A stretch of DNA of 64,000 bases from Cyanophora paradoxa CCMP329 (taxonomy: Eukaryota; Plantae; Glaucophyta): the NCBI GenBank assembly GCA_004431415.1, contig QPMI01000668.1, forward strand, positions 15,385 through 79,384, written 5' to 3'. Positions within the stretch are counted from its first letter, which is position 1; each line of letters begins with the position of its first letter. The notes beneath the pieces were generated by a model. It searched no databases, was not told the DNA's origin, and saw only the letters and a list, made by a program, of their open reading frames with translations. The position numbers and the translations under genes are program-made. Shown here in pieces: positions 47,992 through 61,692 of the stretch.

Positions 47992-50900
47992 CTAGGAGGA
48001 GGGCCCGGCGAGCTCGGCGGGGGCGGGGCCGGCGCCCTCGAGGCGGCGGCAGAGGGCGCCGGCGAGGGTGGCGGCGAGGCGCGCGGCGCGCGCCTGCAGC
48101 GCCGCGAGCTCCCCTGCGCCGCGAGTGAGCGCCTCGACGGGAGAGGGGCGGGGGCGGGGGCGCGGCACCGGGCGGGAGGCCCTCGGCGGCGGCCTCCACT
48201 GCCGCCTCGGCGGCGGCGACGGCGGCGAGGGGTCGGGCGGGGGCGGCCCCCCGCGGCGGGCGGGGCGCCCGGCGACGGGCTCCGCGGGATCTTGTTGCAC
48301 GCGCGCCGCCCCGCCGCCGTCGCCGGGGCGGGGCCCCCGTCGCCCTTCTCCGCCGCGAGGGGCGGCGACGAGGCCTCCGCCCTGCGCGCGCGCCCTCAGA
48401 GGGGGGCCGGCGGGGCGGGGAGGGGGCGAGGGGGCGCGGCGGACCCCTCGAAGCAGACGCGGCGGGCCTTCACGGGGGGAGATGGGTCTGCCTCCCCCTC
48501 CGCCGCTGCCGGGGGTGCGTGCGCCTGAGCGGAGGGCCGCGCAGGCGAGGCGCCAGGGGCCCACACGCGCGCACCCTCCTCGGGCGGCGGGCACCGCTTC
48601 AGAATGCTGCGCGGGCCCGTGGCGGGGAAGCCGGCCGGCTCGCCGGGCCCCCGCGGCGTGCTCTCCTCCCCCTCTGCGGAGCGCCGGGGGTGAGGTGGCG
48701 GCCCAGGAGGGCGCACGAGGGACGGGGAGGCGCACCGCCGGCTTCGACGGCGGGGGCCGGGGCCTCGGGCGCCGGCTCGTGCGGCGCCGGCTCGGGCTCG
48801 GGCGCCTCCAAACACTGCGCGCGGTGAACGGGGAGCGAGCGGGCCGCGGGGCGGGCGGGCGGCGGTGGCGCACCTGGGAGGCGTCGAGGCGGGAGTAGGT
48901 GGGCGGCAGGTCGGGCCGCCGCCCGAGCCGCTCGAGCTGCCGCTCCGTCAGCAGCTCCGGCGGCGGCGGCCTGGTGCGTCGGGGCGTCAGGGGGTGCGAG
49001 GCGAGGAGCGCCGGGGGCCGCACTTGGGGACGCTGACGACGCGCTGGAAGGTCTCCCGGGCGGGCCGCTTGAGGGGCGAGGGCCCGGGCAGGCCGGCCGC
49101 CGTCGCTGCGCCCCGCGGTGAGGCGGGAGGGGGGGGCGAGAGGGGCGGGCCCGCGCACGGGGTCGGCGCTTGGCGGGCTTCGGGCTGTCAGCGGGGGCGG
49201 GGGCCGGCGGCGGGCTGGGCGAGGCCCGGGGGCGCAGCAGCTGCGGGGGCACGGGGAACGCCGGGCCCCGCCGCCGCCCCACCACCACCTCCTCCTCGAT
49301 CTCCTGCGAGGCCGGCGGCGTCTCCTGCGAGCCCGCCGGCTCCTCCTGCGAGGCTGCCGTCAGCTCCGTCGGGTGGGGGTACAGGGAGCGGGGAGCGGTA
49401 CCGGAGCGTCCTCTGGCCAGCTGGGAAGGTGGATGGCGGTCTGGGCCGAATGAGGCCGCGGGCGGGGGCGGGCGGGACACATCCACGTACCCTGGCGCGG
49501 ACGCGGGAGAGGCAGGTGATGAGGGAGGAGGGGTACTCGAGCCGACGTTCTCTGGCGAAGGTCTGCGGGGAATGTGGGCGCTCGGAGGGGCGCGAGAGGG
49601 GCGCCGCCGGTGCCCGAACCTGGCGCCAGAAGTCGAGCGTGGCCGCACGGATGCCGCGCCGCCGGCTCGCGAAGCCGGCCTAGGGTAGGGTGAGCGGGGC
49701 GGGGGCGGCGGGGCGGGGGAGCGCGGGGAGGCGGCTCGCCATGAGGGTGGGGGCGACGGTGCGGAGGAGGTCGGGGTCCCCCCAGCCGCCCGCCCCGCAG
49801 CAGCGCCGCAGCGCCCCCAGGCACTCCCCCCACACCTTCTCCAGCTGCCCCCCCGCCCCCGGCTCCCGTCGGCGGGGTACGCGAATCCGAGGACAAGAGG
49901 TCGTACCCGGGAGTGGATGGCCTCGCGGGGGTCGTCGGGACGGGGCTGAGAGGCCGCCGGTCCTGCGGGGGATGGCTCAGGGGAAGACGGGAGGGGAGGG
50001 GAGAGGGGGGCGCGGGGGCACCCGAGGGCTGGGTGGTCTGCGTGGGGGCCTCGGGCGAAGCGGCGGTGGCGGGGCCGGGGCGGGGGATGCCGGGGAAGGA
50101 GCGGGCCAGCTCGAGGGCCGCCCGCTGCGCGTGCGCCGCCGAGCCGAGCCGCCCCAGCAGCTTCCCCACCGCCTCCAGCAAGCGCCTCCCCGCCCCCTGC
50201 CCCGCCCCCGCCTCGCCCCCTGCCCGCCCCGGGCCCCGCTTCCTCAGCGGCGCTGCGCGGGGGCGGGGGCGGGGGAGGGACGGGGGCGGGGACGGGCCCT
50301 GGGGCGGGGCGCAAGCGGCGGCGAGGGCGACGCCGGCGGCGAGCAGCGCCAGGAGCTCGCCGAGGCACTCGTGCTGCTCCCCCGACGCCCGCGCCGCCCT
50401 CGCCACGGCGGCATGCAGGGCCTGCGCTGCGCTCGAGCCGGCCGGCGGGGGGCGCGTAGGGGCGGCAGGCGTACCGCGTCGCTCCGGTCGGGGTCCGCGT
50501 TGTCCGCGGCGATCGCGAGCGCGCCGAGGAGCAGCTGGCGGGCCCTGCGGGGGTACGCGATCGACGCCGCGGCGGATGGGGGGACGCGCGGGGGTACGCC
50601 GCACTCGACGGGCAGGGCGGAGGGGTCGGAGGGCTCGCGGGGGAGGAGGGGGTACAGGTCGCGCGCCCAGTTCTCGATCGGCTCGTGCGGGTCTGGCCGC
50701 GGTTCAGGACGGGTACGGGGCACGGGAATGGGGGTACGCGGACTGCGGAGGCTGTCGGCGAAGGTATCGTACACGGCCTCAAAGAGGCCGCGCCAGGCGG
50801 CGAGGTCCGCCTGCGAGGGTGCAGCTCGCCACGGAGAGGCGCGGGTACGCGAAGGGGGGCATCGATTCCGCACCATCCAGGTGCGCGAGGCGTCGGCGAC

Positions 50901-51380
50901 GCAAGGCGCGGAGAGGGCCGATCTGCAAAGAGAGGACTCAGGGACAGCGCGCGGGGCGACAGAAGGCGCCGGCGGCACCGGAGGGGGTACAGGAGGAGCT
51001 CGGTGACGAAGGGGCGGCAGGAGCGGGGGGAGAGGTGGGCAGCGGGGGCCGGGGGCCGTCGGCGGGGGCGGGGGCGGGGCGGGGCGAGGGCGCGGCGTGC
51101 GAGGCGGGCGAGGGCACGCCAGGCGGGGCGCCCGAGGCCGCCCGCCCCGCCGGCAGCGGCCTCGGCCTCGGCGTCGGCCTCGGCGGCGCGGAGGAGGAGG
51201 GGCCCCTGCGTGCTCAGCGCCCCGCACAGCGCCAGGCAGCGCTCCAGCGAGGAGGCGGCGGCGGGGAGCGCCCGCATCCAGTGCACGGCGAGGAACCCCC
51301 CGGGGGGCACCCCGCCCCCGCCCTGGCTCCCGGCGCTCTCGCCCTCCGCCGGGGGAGGGTCCAGCGGCATGCGCAGCGCC
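47992..51380 (-). CDS. RIF1: RIF1-like protein, 5'-truncated by the repeat junction, copy 1
   Basis: PP1-docking SILK and RVxF motifs in RIF1 order (RSILKR...SPPVKARRVCF). LLTERQLERL...DLPPTYSRLDASQ matches the recalled RIF1 LTxxQ...PxxYxxLDxSQ motif. Helical region upstream. Confidence 0.7.
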
Positions 51381-51721
51381 GGGGCGGGCGGCCCGCGGGG
51401 AGGCCCCGCCCCGGGCCCCGGGCCCCATCGAGAAGCTCGAGCGCTTCATCGGTCTGCGCAGCCCCACGCCCTAGGCTTGATGCATGAGCCCCGCCCCGCC
51501 CCCTTCTCAGCGGCCACGGGGGCGCCGCGGGCAGGGGTGATCTACCGGCCGAAGACGGAGCGCTGGTCGCACATGTCCGCCGCCCGCATCGCCCGCCAGG
51601 CCCGCGCGCCCTCCTCCCGCCCCCGCCGCCTCGCTCTCGAGTTAATTTGAGTTGGCGGCAGTTCGACCTCTGCGTCCACATCGACGAGACGAGCGCCCTG
51701 CGGCCCCTCGACCCCCTCTAG
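51381..51721 (+). pseudogene. Duplicated 3' fragment of Ere-family gene
   Basis: EKLERFIG|VIYRPKTERWSH...|FDLCVHIDETSALRPLDPL* with no upstream exons. Confidence 0.85.
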
Positions 51722-52061
51722 ATCTGAGCGGGGGACCCTCGGGGACGGAGGAGTTCGAACCCTCCTCGAACGTAGAGCGGGGCACCGCGATTCTGGACAC
51801 TGAATTCGGAGCGCCCACGTATACATGTACACGCGGCCCGCAATTGCAACCGCAGCACTCTCCCTCCTGTAAGTAGGCAGCAAATAGCGCTATTCGCATA
51901 TGAGGAGACTCGATGCAGGCAGCCAGAGGTAGATCAGATAGATCGGCATTCATCGTAGGAAGTAGAGGTAGATTAGTCTCTCGGCATTCATCGTGTAAAT
52001 AATCGCACACAGCCTCTCACGCGCGCCTGCAGGTCGGAAGGAGCGGGGGCGGGGGCGGGGC

Positions 52062-53740
52062 CTAGTAGTGGGCGTGGGCGGGGGCGAGGGCGGTCTCGAG
52101 GGCGGCGTGGAGGGCGGCCTCGCCCTCGGAGACGGCGAGGCGGCCGGCGAGGGCCGCCACGGGCACCGCGAGCGCCCCCTTGCGCTCCAGGCCCCGCAGC
52201 GCCCCCGCGCACCGGTGCCCGTCCTTCTCCGTCGTCACCAGCAGCGCCGCCCCCGCGGCGGCGGCCCGCGCGGCGAGGGCCGCCAGCTCGCGGGGCGCGA
52301 AGGGCCGGTGGTCCCGGTAGAGGGCCGACCCCACCAGCGCCGCCCCGCACCCTGCCCGCGCCCCTCCCATCAGCGGCTGTTTCACGAGGGGGCGAGGGGT
52401 GGGGGGGGGGGGGGGGGTACCCGAGCGGTGGCGAGGAAGGCGGCGGGGCAGCCTACCCCCGCGAAGGCGAAGGCGGGGAGGCCCCGCAGGAGGCCCGCTC
52501 CGTCCGGCCCGGGCCCGGGCCCAGGCCCCGGGGGGGCGGGCAGCGGCGGGAGCGGCGGGCCCGCGAGGTGCCTGAGGCCCTCCGGCTGATCGCACGTACC
52601 CCTCGGTCGGGGTACCGGCACGGAGGGAGAGAGGGATACGCAGCGCACCTCGAAGCGCGTGCGGACGACGACGGCGCGCGGGTTCCACTCCGCAACCTGT
52701 TTCATTCGGGGTCTCGAGGGGGTACGGGCGGAGGGAGCTCGAGGTAAAGGGGGAGAAGGGGTACAGCAGTTCGATGCGTACCTGTGCTGCGATGCGCTCC
52801 ACTTCGGGTAGGGGTACGAGATCCGAGTGGTGCAGGGCCACGACCTGGGTACGTGAACGGTGAGCGGGGCGGCCTTGGGTGGAGACGTAGGGGGGCCGGG
52901 CGCGCGTGGGCGCGGGCGACGCCGCTCGGGGCGGGCTCGCGGAGGGTGCCGCGGGGGATGAGGCGGCCGCCGCCGAAGGGGTCGAGGCAGGAGAGCATGA
53001 GGAGGTCGAGGTCCCGCTCCAGCTGCCCCCGCGCCCCGCTCCCTCAGGCGACCCGCGGCGCCGGCGCGGTCGGGGGCGGGGGGCCGGAGCGCGGGCGCGC
53101 CCGCCAGTGCTGGAGGCCGTCGTCGAGGACGGCGGCCGCGCGGGGCCGCGGGACGCGCCCGCGCAGCTCGGCCAGAGCGGCGGCGGCGGCGGCGGCGCGG
53201 TCGGCCCCCGGCGCGACGAGCGCCGCGGTGCCGGCGAGGCGCGCGCGGTGCTGCGGCACCTCGTCCCCGCCGTAGTCCTGCGCACCGCGCCGACCGCTCG
53301 GCGCCGCCGCCGGCTGTGCGTCGGGCAGCGCGCCCGCGCACCCGGAGGAGGACGACGGGCGCGACGCCGCGGGCGAGCGCCTGCCGCGCGATGTACTCCG
53401 TCATCGGCGTCTTGCCCGTCCCTGCAGCCCCCGCCCGGAGGTCGCGGCGGCCCCGACGCGCGCGGCAGGCCCCCGCAACTTCCGACGCACCGCCCCAGGT
53501 CACGTTGCCGACAGAGATGGTGGGCACAGGCAGCCTTGCACGCCGCAGCAGGCCGCGCTCGTACGCGCCACGGTGCAGCCGCGCGCCGGCCGCGTACAGC
53601 AGCTCGAGCACCTCCATGCCGCCCCGCCGGCCCCGGCAGCTCGCGCTCTGCTCGGGATGTTCGCCGGCCGAGCTGCAGAACGAATTAGAGCAGACCTGGG
53701 AACGAAGCCGGCTGTACCCTTGCGGGAAGCCAACAGCCAA
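52062..53740 (-). CDS. lpxK: LpxK copy 2
   Basis: Near-identical to 41660-43340. Confidence 0.88.
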
Positions 53741-54095
53741 CCGACCACCTTACGCGTTGCGCAACATAGAGCGCAGCACACCTGCACGCGCATGTACGAA
53801 GATGCTTGAGTCCCAGCGCGATGCCTCCGCGTAAGCTCGGCCCGCGGAGCTGCAGCTGTCAGCCTTCAAGGGCTTGAGCTTTCCAGTTAGCTGGAGCTGT
53901 CAGCCCTGCGGTCGTGTCTGGAGAGGCAGCAAGCGCCATTACACACTTACCAAAACCGCGGCTCTCCCGCAGCTGTCAGTTGCAGCAGCCAGCTGCAGCG
54001 CATCGACGTGACGGCGCGGACGTCAGTTATGCTGCAGCCGCTGACTTGCCGGCGACGCTAAGCTGTGCGTTCACGCGCAAATTTAAAGCACAACG

Positions 54096-57000
54096 ATGCA
54101 AGAGGTCCTCGAGTTGCACGCACGATCCTCTCGCGCGGATCCGGAGGAAGAGGAAGACGAATCGGAAGGCCGGCCGCACAAGAAGCAGATCCCTGCTGCC
54201 GGAGGGATGACCGGATATCCGAGGAAGAGGATGAATCGCGTGCGTGCCTAGGCCTGTCTGCCTTAGAGCGGCAGGGGCGCGCAGCTCTGATGGGGCGCGC
54301 GCGCGCGAGCGGCTACAGCCATGCGGCCGACGCTGCAGCGGCGGGTCGCTATTCGGGCGTCTGTCATCAACGAGACGGTTCTCCGCATGGGGGTCCGCGC
54401 CGCGACCCCGCGCCAGCGAGCCGCGCTGACCGCTCCGCTTCCGCGCCGACGCGCGCCAGGCGCTCAACGTGGAGGATGTGCCCACGGTGGTGCAGGAGGA
54501 GGCCCGCGGGCGCCGTTCTTCGCGCGGCCGCGGCCGCCCAGGCGGCGGGCGCCGCCGAGCGGGGCGGAGCAGCGGGACTCGGCGCTGCAGACGGCCCTCG
54601 CCGAGCTCTGCTGCTGCGCCCTCCCCAGAGGGTGCCCCGCGCCCCCAGCGACCCCCGGCCCCTCCTCCCTCACCCGGGGCGCACGCTCCGCAGGCCGCCC
54701 CCCGTTCCGGGCGTCGCCGGAGGAGGCGAAGGCGCTCCTGCTCGACCTGGAGGCCCACGCCGCCGCCCTGCGCGCGGCGGCCGCGGCCGCCGCGGCCCGG
54801 CGGGAGGCGTCGACAGCTTGACGCTCCCCGAGGCGCAGGCCTCGCTCGCCACCGTGCGCGCGCCCCGCGAGCGCTGCCGCGCGGGGCGGCGAGGGGCCCT
54901 CGGCAGGCGCTCTGCGACGCGCGGCTGTGCGGGACGGAGCTCTTCCGCACCTTCCTCGGGCGCCGCCGCCTGCGCGGCTACCTCGGCCTCCTCCGCTCCT
55001 CCGGGCCCCCGGCGCCCGCCTCGTGCCCCGCCCCGCGCCCTCCCCCCGCCACCGCCGCGCGGCGGGCCGAGCGGTGGCGCGCAGGTGAAGGCAGTGGCGC
55101 GGTGCCTGGCGGGGGCGCTGGCGAGCCCGCTGCCGGCGGCGCCGGACCTGGAGGAGGGGGCGCGGGGGCCCTCGCGGGGGCGCGGGGGCGGCGTGGGCGG
55201 AGGAGGACGTGGAGGCCCTCGCCGAGAGCGCCACCGCCTTCCTCGAGGCGCGCCGGGCGGGCGGGGCGGGCGGGGCCGGCGGGGGGCGCTGAGGCGGGCC
55301 GGCGCAGGCGTTCACGACGAGCGCCGTGCGCATGGACCCGCACCTCTTCGACCTCGAGGAGGGCCCCGCCCTCCAGGCCCGCCCCCGCCCCGCCCCGCAC
55401 CCTCCCCCGGCCCGGCCCGGCCCGAGCCCCGCGCGCGCAGCTGGCGACGCGCGTCGGCGAGTTCGCGCAGCCGTTCGAGGTGCGCGCGCGGGGCGGGGCC
55501 TCGGGGGGCCGGGGGCCGAGCGGGAGCGGGGCGGGGGCAGCGGACGGGGCGGGGGACGTGGGCGAAGGCGGCGTACCTGCGCGCCCTCGCCCTCCGCCTC
55601 TTCGAGCACCGCCACGAGGCCGTCCACGCCTACTACCAGGCCCGCCCCGCCCTCCCCCGCCCCGCCGCCCCTCCCGCCTCCCCCAACGCACCTCGCGCAG
55701 GCGTGGGCGGCGCTGCGGGGGGCCCAGCTGGTGCCGTGCCCGCTGGAGGCCCGCCTCATCCCCGACCTCGCCGACCTCCTCTGTCCGCCCCCGCCCCGCC
55801 CCGCCCCGCCCCGGTGCCGGCTCGGGCGCTGAGCGAGCGGGCGGGGGCTGCGGGGGCAGTCGAGACCTTCCGCCACCGGGAGGCTTTCCACGGTGCCCCC
55901 GGCCCCCGCCATGCCCGTCCCCTCCCTCGCGCCGAGCCGGGCGCGCGCTGGCAGTGGCGCAGGCGGGGTACGAGCTGGGGGGGGACCCCGAGGCGGCCGC
56001 CCTGTCCCGCTACCGCCTCGAGATGACCCTCAGCGCGCCCCGTCCCCGCCCCGCCCCGCCCCGCCCCGCCCCCGCTCACCTCGCCCAAGGCGCCGTGCGG
56101 CGGTGGAAGGGGGACGCGGGGGCGGCCGAGCGCCACGCCGCGCGCGCAGTCGAGGTCGCCGAGGCCCTCGGCCCGGGCTACCGGCGCGCCCGCCCTCGCC
56201 CCCTCCCTCCTCCCTCCTCTTCCGCCGTGACCGGCGGGCGGGCGGGCGGGCGGGCGCAGGCAGCTGCTCGTACAACCGCTCTTCGCGCTCATGATCCTCG
56301 GCGTCCACCGCAGTGCGTCGCCTTTTAACCCATTTCAATCCGAGAAGCCGCCCCGCGCCGGCGCCGGCGCCTGCCGGGGGAGCTGACGGGCGGGGCCCCG
56401 CCGGGGCGCGCAGTGTCCCCGAGACGACGCGGGACCGGCTCGTGCGGTGCGCCTGCCAGCCGCGCAGCGCCCCCCGCCTCCGCCGAGCGCCTCCGCGCGG
56501 GGCAGGGTGACGGGGGCGATGGTGGCGCTCGAGGAGGGGGCGGACGGGGCGGACCCCGACCCCTGCCTCCCCGACCTCGACCAGGTCCCCGCCGGCCCGC
56601 CTGCCGCCTCCCCTCCGTCCCGCCCCCCCGCTCGCTCGCTCACCGCCGCCCTCGGGCTGGGGCGGGGCAGCCGTCGTGCCTGCGCTACTCGCTGGCCTTC
56701 AACCCGCCCTCGCTCCTCATCAACGGCTCCAAGGCCTACGCCGTCGCCGCCCAGGCGCGCGCAGGCCTCCCACCCCGCCCCGCCCGCCCGGCGCCGCGCC
56801 GCCCCGAGCGGGGCGGGGCAGCACTCGGAGGGGGCGCGGGCGAGCGTCGTCTCGGCGCACGTCTTCTACAACCTGGGGGAGTACCACCTCCTCGCCGGTC
56901 CGCCACCGCCGCGCCCCCCGCCCCCCCCCACGTGCACCTGAGACGCCTCCCCCCGGCGCAGGGGACCTGGCGTCGGCGACGAAGGCCTTCGAGAAGTGCG

Positions 57001-57647
57001 CCGCCGTGTACGGCGGCCGCTACGCCCACTCCTTCCCCTCGAGGTCCCCCCGCCCCCGCCCCCCCCCCCCCCCCCTCCCCGCCCCGTGGGAGGGTCTGAG
57101 GCGGGGGCAGCACCCGCGGCGGCGGCGGGTGGTGGAAGTGCTTGCGCAGCTGCGGCGCGGCGAGGAGCCGGCCTCGCGCTACGCGCCATTTGCCGCCGCC
57201 CGCGCCACCGCCTCGCCGGAGCCGTCCCCCACCGGCTCGCCCCACTCCGACCCTCCGCCTCCCCGCCCCCGCCCCGCCGCCGGCCCCGCCCTCCCCGACC
57301 CCGCCCTCACCCGCCCCCGCCGCATGCCCTGCCGCGGACTGCGGCCCGCGGCCAGCCTCGCAGCCGCCCGCGCGGAGGGGCCGGCACCCGCGCAGCCGCC
57401 CTGCGAGCAGACGCCGCCTCAGGGGCAGGGCGGGTGTGGCGGCGAGGCGGAGTGCGGGGGCGGGGCGCCGGCCCCGTGGCGCCCCCGCGATGCCGCCGGC
57501 GCTGCGCGAGCAGATGCAGGGGCAGCAGGGGCGGCGCGAGGCTGCGGGGCCGTGGTGCAGTGCGTCAATGTCCAGCCAGCGCAGCAGCTGCTCGCCGCGC
57601 TGTGGCGCCGCCCCGAGGAGCCCCCCGAACCCGACCCCCGCCCGTAG
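54096..57647 (+). CDS. TPR-like protein copy 2 (apparent frameshifts)
   Basis: Near-identical to 43696-47277 with 1-nt deletions. Confidence 0.55.
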
Positions 57648-58350
57648 CAACCGATCGCGAGCCGCGAGAGCGTAGCGCCTCAGGAACTCCAGGAACAGAG
57701 CTAGCCTAGAAGCGCCAGGACCCAGAGCCAGATCTAGAGCTGAGTATTCATAGAGTATGAGTCTCAGAGTCTTTAGCAACGTTACCAACCCGGTGATCAT
57801 GACCGGCCCAGCTAGAAGTTCGACATCGAAAATTCGGCAGTGATCATGATCGTGATCATGATCATGAATCTTGAATGTTCATGGCTCGTAACGGGGCGAC
57901 GGTTGCGCGTGCCCTCGGCCTCGACCGTCGGACGTCACGGCCCCGGAGCGCCGCCGGGGCCGCACCCGGGCCTCGGGCCGGCAACATCCGGGCCTCGGCC
58001 TCGAGCCCTCACCAGTGAGTCGCCACGCCACTGGGCCAGTGGCATCGTACGGCCGCGGCCCGGGCGTGGCACCGCACCTCGGACCGTCGGACGCGGGATC
58101 GATCACTGCGCGCAGCTTCGCTGCGGCGCGGCGGGCCCGGGCCATTGGGTACATCAGCGGCTCATGATCATGATCAGATGCGGAAGGCGCCGCATGCAAC
58201 GAGTGCCCACCCTGCCACGCACGGCAGCTGCCCCTACACGGATACTGAAAGCTGCGCATGCTGGGCGCGGCGGGCCAACAGCTGCTCATCATCGGTGACT
58301 GTACGCAATTAGTTAGAGAGCGTGCAGCGAGAGAGCTCTGGCATGTGGAG

Positions 58351-61300
58351 CTAGGAGGAGGGCCCGGCGAGCTCGGCGGGGCGGGGCCGGCGCCCTCGAG
58401 GCGGCGGCAGAGGGCGCCGGCGAGGGTGGCGGCGAGGCGCGCGGCGCGCGCCTGCAGCGCCGCGAGCTCCCCTGCGCCGCGAGTGAGCGCCTCGACGGGA
58501 GAGGGGCGGGGCGGGGGCGCGGCACCGGGCGGGAGGCCCTCGGCGGCGGCCTCCACTGCCGCCTCGGCGGCGGCGACGGCGGCGAGGGGTCGGGCGGGGG
58601 CGGCCCCCCGCGGCGGGCGGGGCGCCCGGCGACGGCTCCGCGGGATCTTGTTGCACGCGCGCCGCCCCGCCGCCGTCGCCGGGGCGGGGCCCCGTCGCCC
58701 TTCTCCGCCGCGAGGGGCGGCGACGAGGCCTCCGCCCTGCGCGCGCGCCCTCAGAGGGGGGCCGCGGGGCGGGGAGGGGGCGAGGGGGCGCGGCGGACCC
58801 CTCGAAGCAGACGCGGCGGGCCTTCACGGGGGGAGATGGGTCTGCCTCCCCCTCCGCCGCTGCCGGGGGTGCGTGCGCCTGAGCGGAGGGCCGCGCAGGC
58901 GAGGCGCCAGGGGCCCACACGCGCGCACCCTCCTCGGGCGGCGGGCACCGCTTCAGAATGCTGCGCGGGCCCGTGGCGGGGAAGCCGGCCGGCTCGCCGG
59001 GCCCCCGCGGCGTGCTCTCCTCCCCCTCTGCGGAGCGCCGGGGTGAGGTGGCGGCCCAGGAGGGCGCACGAGGGACGGGGAGGCGCACCGCCGGCTTCGA
59101 CGGCGGGGCCGGGGCCTCGGGCGCCGGCTCGTGCGGCGCCGGCTCGGGCTCGGGCGCCTCCAAACACTGCGCGCGGTGAACGGGGAGCGAGCGGGCCGCG
59201 GGGCGGGCGGGCGGCGGTGGCGCACCTGGGAGGCGTCGAGGCGGGAGTAGGTGGGCGGCAGGTCGGGCCGCCGCCCGAGCCGCTCGAGCTGCCGCTCCGT
59301 CAGCAGCTCCGGCGGCGGCGGCCTGGTGCGTCGGGGCGTCAGGGGTGCGAGGCGAGGAGCGCCGGGGCCGCACTTGGGGACGCTGACGACGCGCTGGAAG
59401 GTCTCCCGGGCGGGCCGCTTGAGGGGCGAGGGCCCGGGCAGGCCGGCCGCCGTCGCTGCGCCCGCGGTGAGGCGGGAGGGGGGGCGAGAGGGGCGGGCCC
59501 GCGCACGGGGTCGGCGCTTGGCGGGCTTCGGGCTGTCAGCGGGGGCGGGGCCGGCGGCGGGCTGGGCGAGGCCCGGGGCGCAGCAGCTGCGGGGCACGGG
59601 GAACGCCGGGCCCCGCCGCCGCCCCACCACCACCTCCTCCTCGATCTCCTGCGAGGCCGGCGGCGTCTCCTGCGAGCCCGCCGGCTCCTCCTGCGAGGCT
59701 GCCGTCAGCTCCGTCGGTGGGGTACAGGGAGCGGGGAGCGGTACCGGAGCGTCCTCTGGCCAGCTGGGAAGGTGGATGGCGGTCTGGGCCGAATGAGGCC
59801 GCGGGCGGGGGCGGGCGGGACACATCCACGTACCCTGGCGCGGACGCGGGAGAGGCAGGTGATGAGGGAGGAGGGGTACTCGAGCCGACGTTCTCTGGCG
59901 AAGGTCTGCGGGGAATGTGGGCGCTCGGAGGGGCGCGAGAGGGGCGCCGCCGGTGCCCGAACCTGGCGCCAGAAGTCGAGCGTGGCCGCACGGATGCCGC
60001 GCCGCCGGCTCGCGAAGCCGGCCTAGGGTAGGGTGAGCGGGGCGGGGGCGGCGGGGCGGGGGAGCGCGGGGAGGCGGCTCGCCATGAGGGTGGGGGCGAC
60101 GGTGCGGAGGAGGTCGGGGTCCCCCAGCCGCCCGCCCGCAGCAGCGCCGCAGCGCCCCAGGCACTCCCCCACACCTTCTCCAGCTGCCCCCCGCCCCCGG
60201 CTCCGTCGGCGGGGTACGCGAATCCGAGGACAAGAGGTCGTACCCGGGAGTGGATGGCCTCGCGGGGTCGTCGGGACGGGCTGAGAGGCCGCCGGTCCTG
60301 CGGGGGATGGCTCAGGGGAAGACGGGAGGGGAGGGGAGAGGGGGCGCGGGGCACCGAGGGCTGGGTGGTCTGCGTGGGGGCCTCGGGCGAAGCGGCGGTG
60401 GCGGGGCCGGGGCGGGGATGCCGGGGAAGGAGCGGGCCAGCTCGAGGCCGCCCGCTGCGCGTGCGCCGCCGAGCCGAGCCGCCCCAGCAGCTTCCCCACC
60501 GCCTCCAGCAAGCGCCTCCCCGCCCCCTGCCCCGCCCCGCTCGCCCCCTGCCGCCCCGGGCCCCGCTTCCTCAGCGGCGCTGCGCGGGGCGGGGCGGGGA
60601 GGGACGGGGCGGGGACGGGCCTGGGGCGGGGCGCAAGCGGCGGCGAGGGCGACGCCGGCGGCGAGCAGCGCCAGGAGCTCGCCGAGGCACTCGTGCTGCT
60701 CCCCCGACGCCCGCGCCGCCCTCGCCACGGCGGCATGCAGGGCCTGCGCTGCGCTCGAGCCGGCCGGCGGGGGCGCGTAGGGGCGGCAGGCGTACCGCGT
60801 CGCTCCGGTCGGGGTCCGCGTTGTCCGCGGCGATCGCGAGCGCGCCGAGGAGCAGCTGGCGGGCCCTGCGGGGTACGCGATCGACGCCGCGGCGGATGGG
60901 GGGACGCGCGGGGGTACGCCGCACTCGACGGGCAGGGCGGAGGGGTCGGAGGGCTCGCGGGGGAGGAGGGGGTACAGGTCGCGCGCCCAGTTCTCGATCG
61001 GCTCGTGCGGGTCTGGCCGCGGTTCAGGACGGGTACGGGGCACGGGAATGGGGGTACGCGGACTGCGGAGGCTGTCGGCGAAGGTATCGTACACGGCCTC
61101 AAAGAGGCGCGCCAGGCGGCGAGGTCCGCCTGCGAGGGTGCAGCTCGCCACGGAGAGGCGCGGGTACGCGAAGGGGGGCATCGATTCCGCACCATCCAGG
61201 TGCGCGAGGCGTCGGCGACGCAAGGCGCGGAGAGGGCCGATCTGCAAAGAGAGGACTCAGGGACAGCGCGCGGGGCGACAGAAGGCGCCGGCGGCACCGG

Positions 61301-61692
61301 AGGGGGTACAGGAGGAGCTCGGTGACGAAGGGGCGGCAGGAGCGGGGGAGAGGTGGGCAGCGGGGGCCGGGGGGCCGTCGGCGGGGCGGGGCGGGGGCGG
61401 GGGCGAGGGCGCGGCGTGCGAGGCGGGCGAGGGCACGCCAGGCGGGGCGCCCGAGGCCGCCCGCCCGCCGGCAGCGGCCTCGGCCTCGGCGTCGGCTCGG
61501 CGGCGCGGAGGAGGAGGGGCCCCTGCGTGCTCAGCGCCCGCACAGCGCCAGGCAGCGCTCCAGCGAGGAGGCGGCGGCGGGGAGCGCCCGCATCCAGTGC
61601 ACGGCGAGGAACCCCCGGGGGGCACCCGCCCCGCCTGGCTCCCGGCGCTCTCGCCCTCCGCCGGGGGAGGGTCCAGCGGCATGCGCAGCGCC
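58351..61692 (-). CDS. RIF1: RIF1-like 5'-truncated copy 2 (apparent frameshifts)
   Basis: Near-identical to 47992-51380. Confidence 0.62.

Larger units (their letters stand above)
38953..51380 (+). repeat. Tandem segmental repeat, copy 1 (~10.4 kb plus retro-insertion)
   Basis: Near-identical to 51381-61692 once 39393-41418 is removed. Confidence 0.95.
51381..61692 (+). repeat. Tandem segmental repeat, copy 2
   Basis: Same gene order as copy 1, with many 1-nt homopolymer deletions and a few substitutions. Confidence 0.95.
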
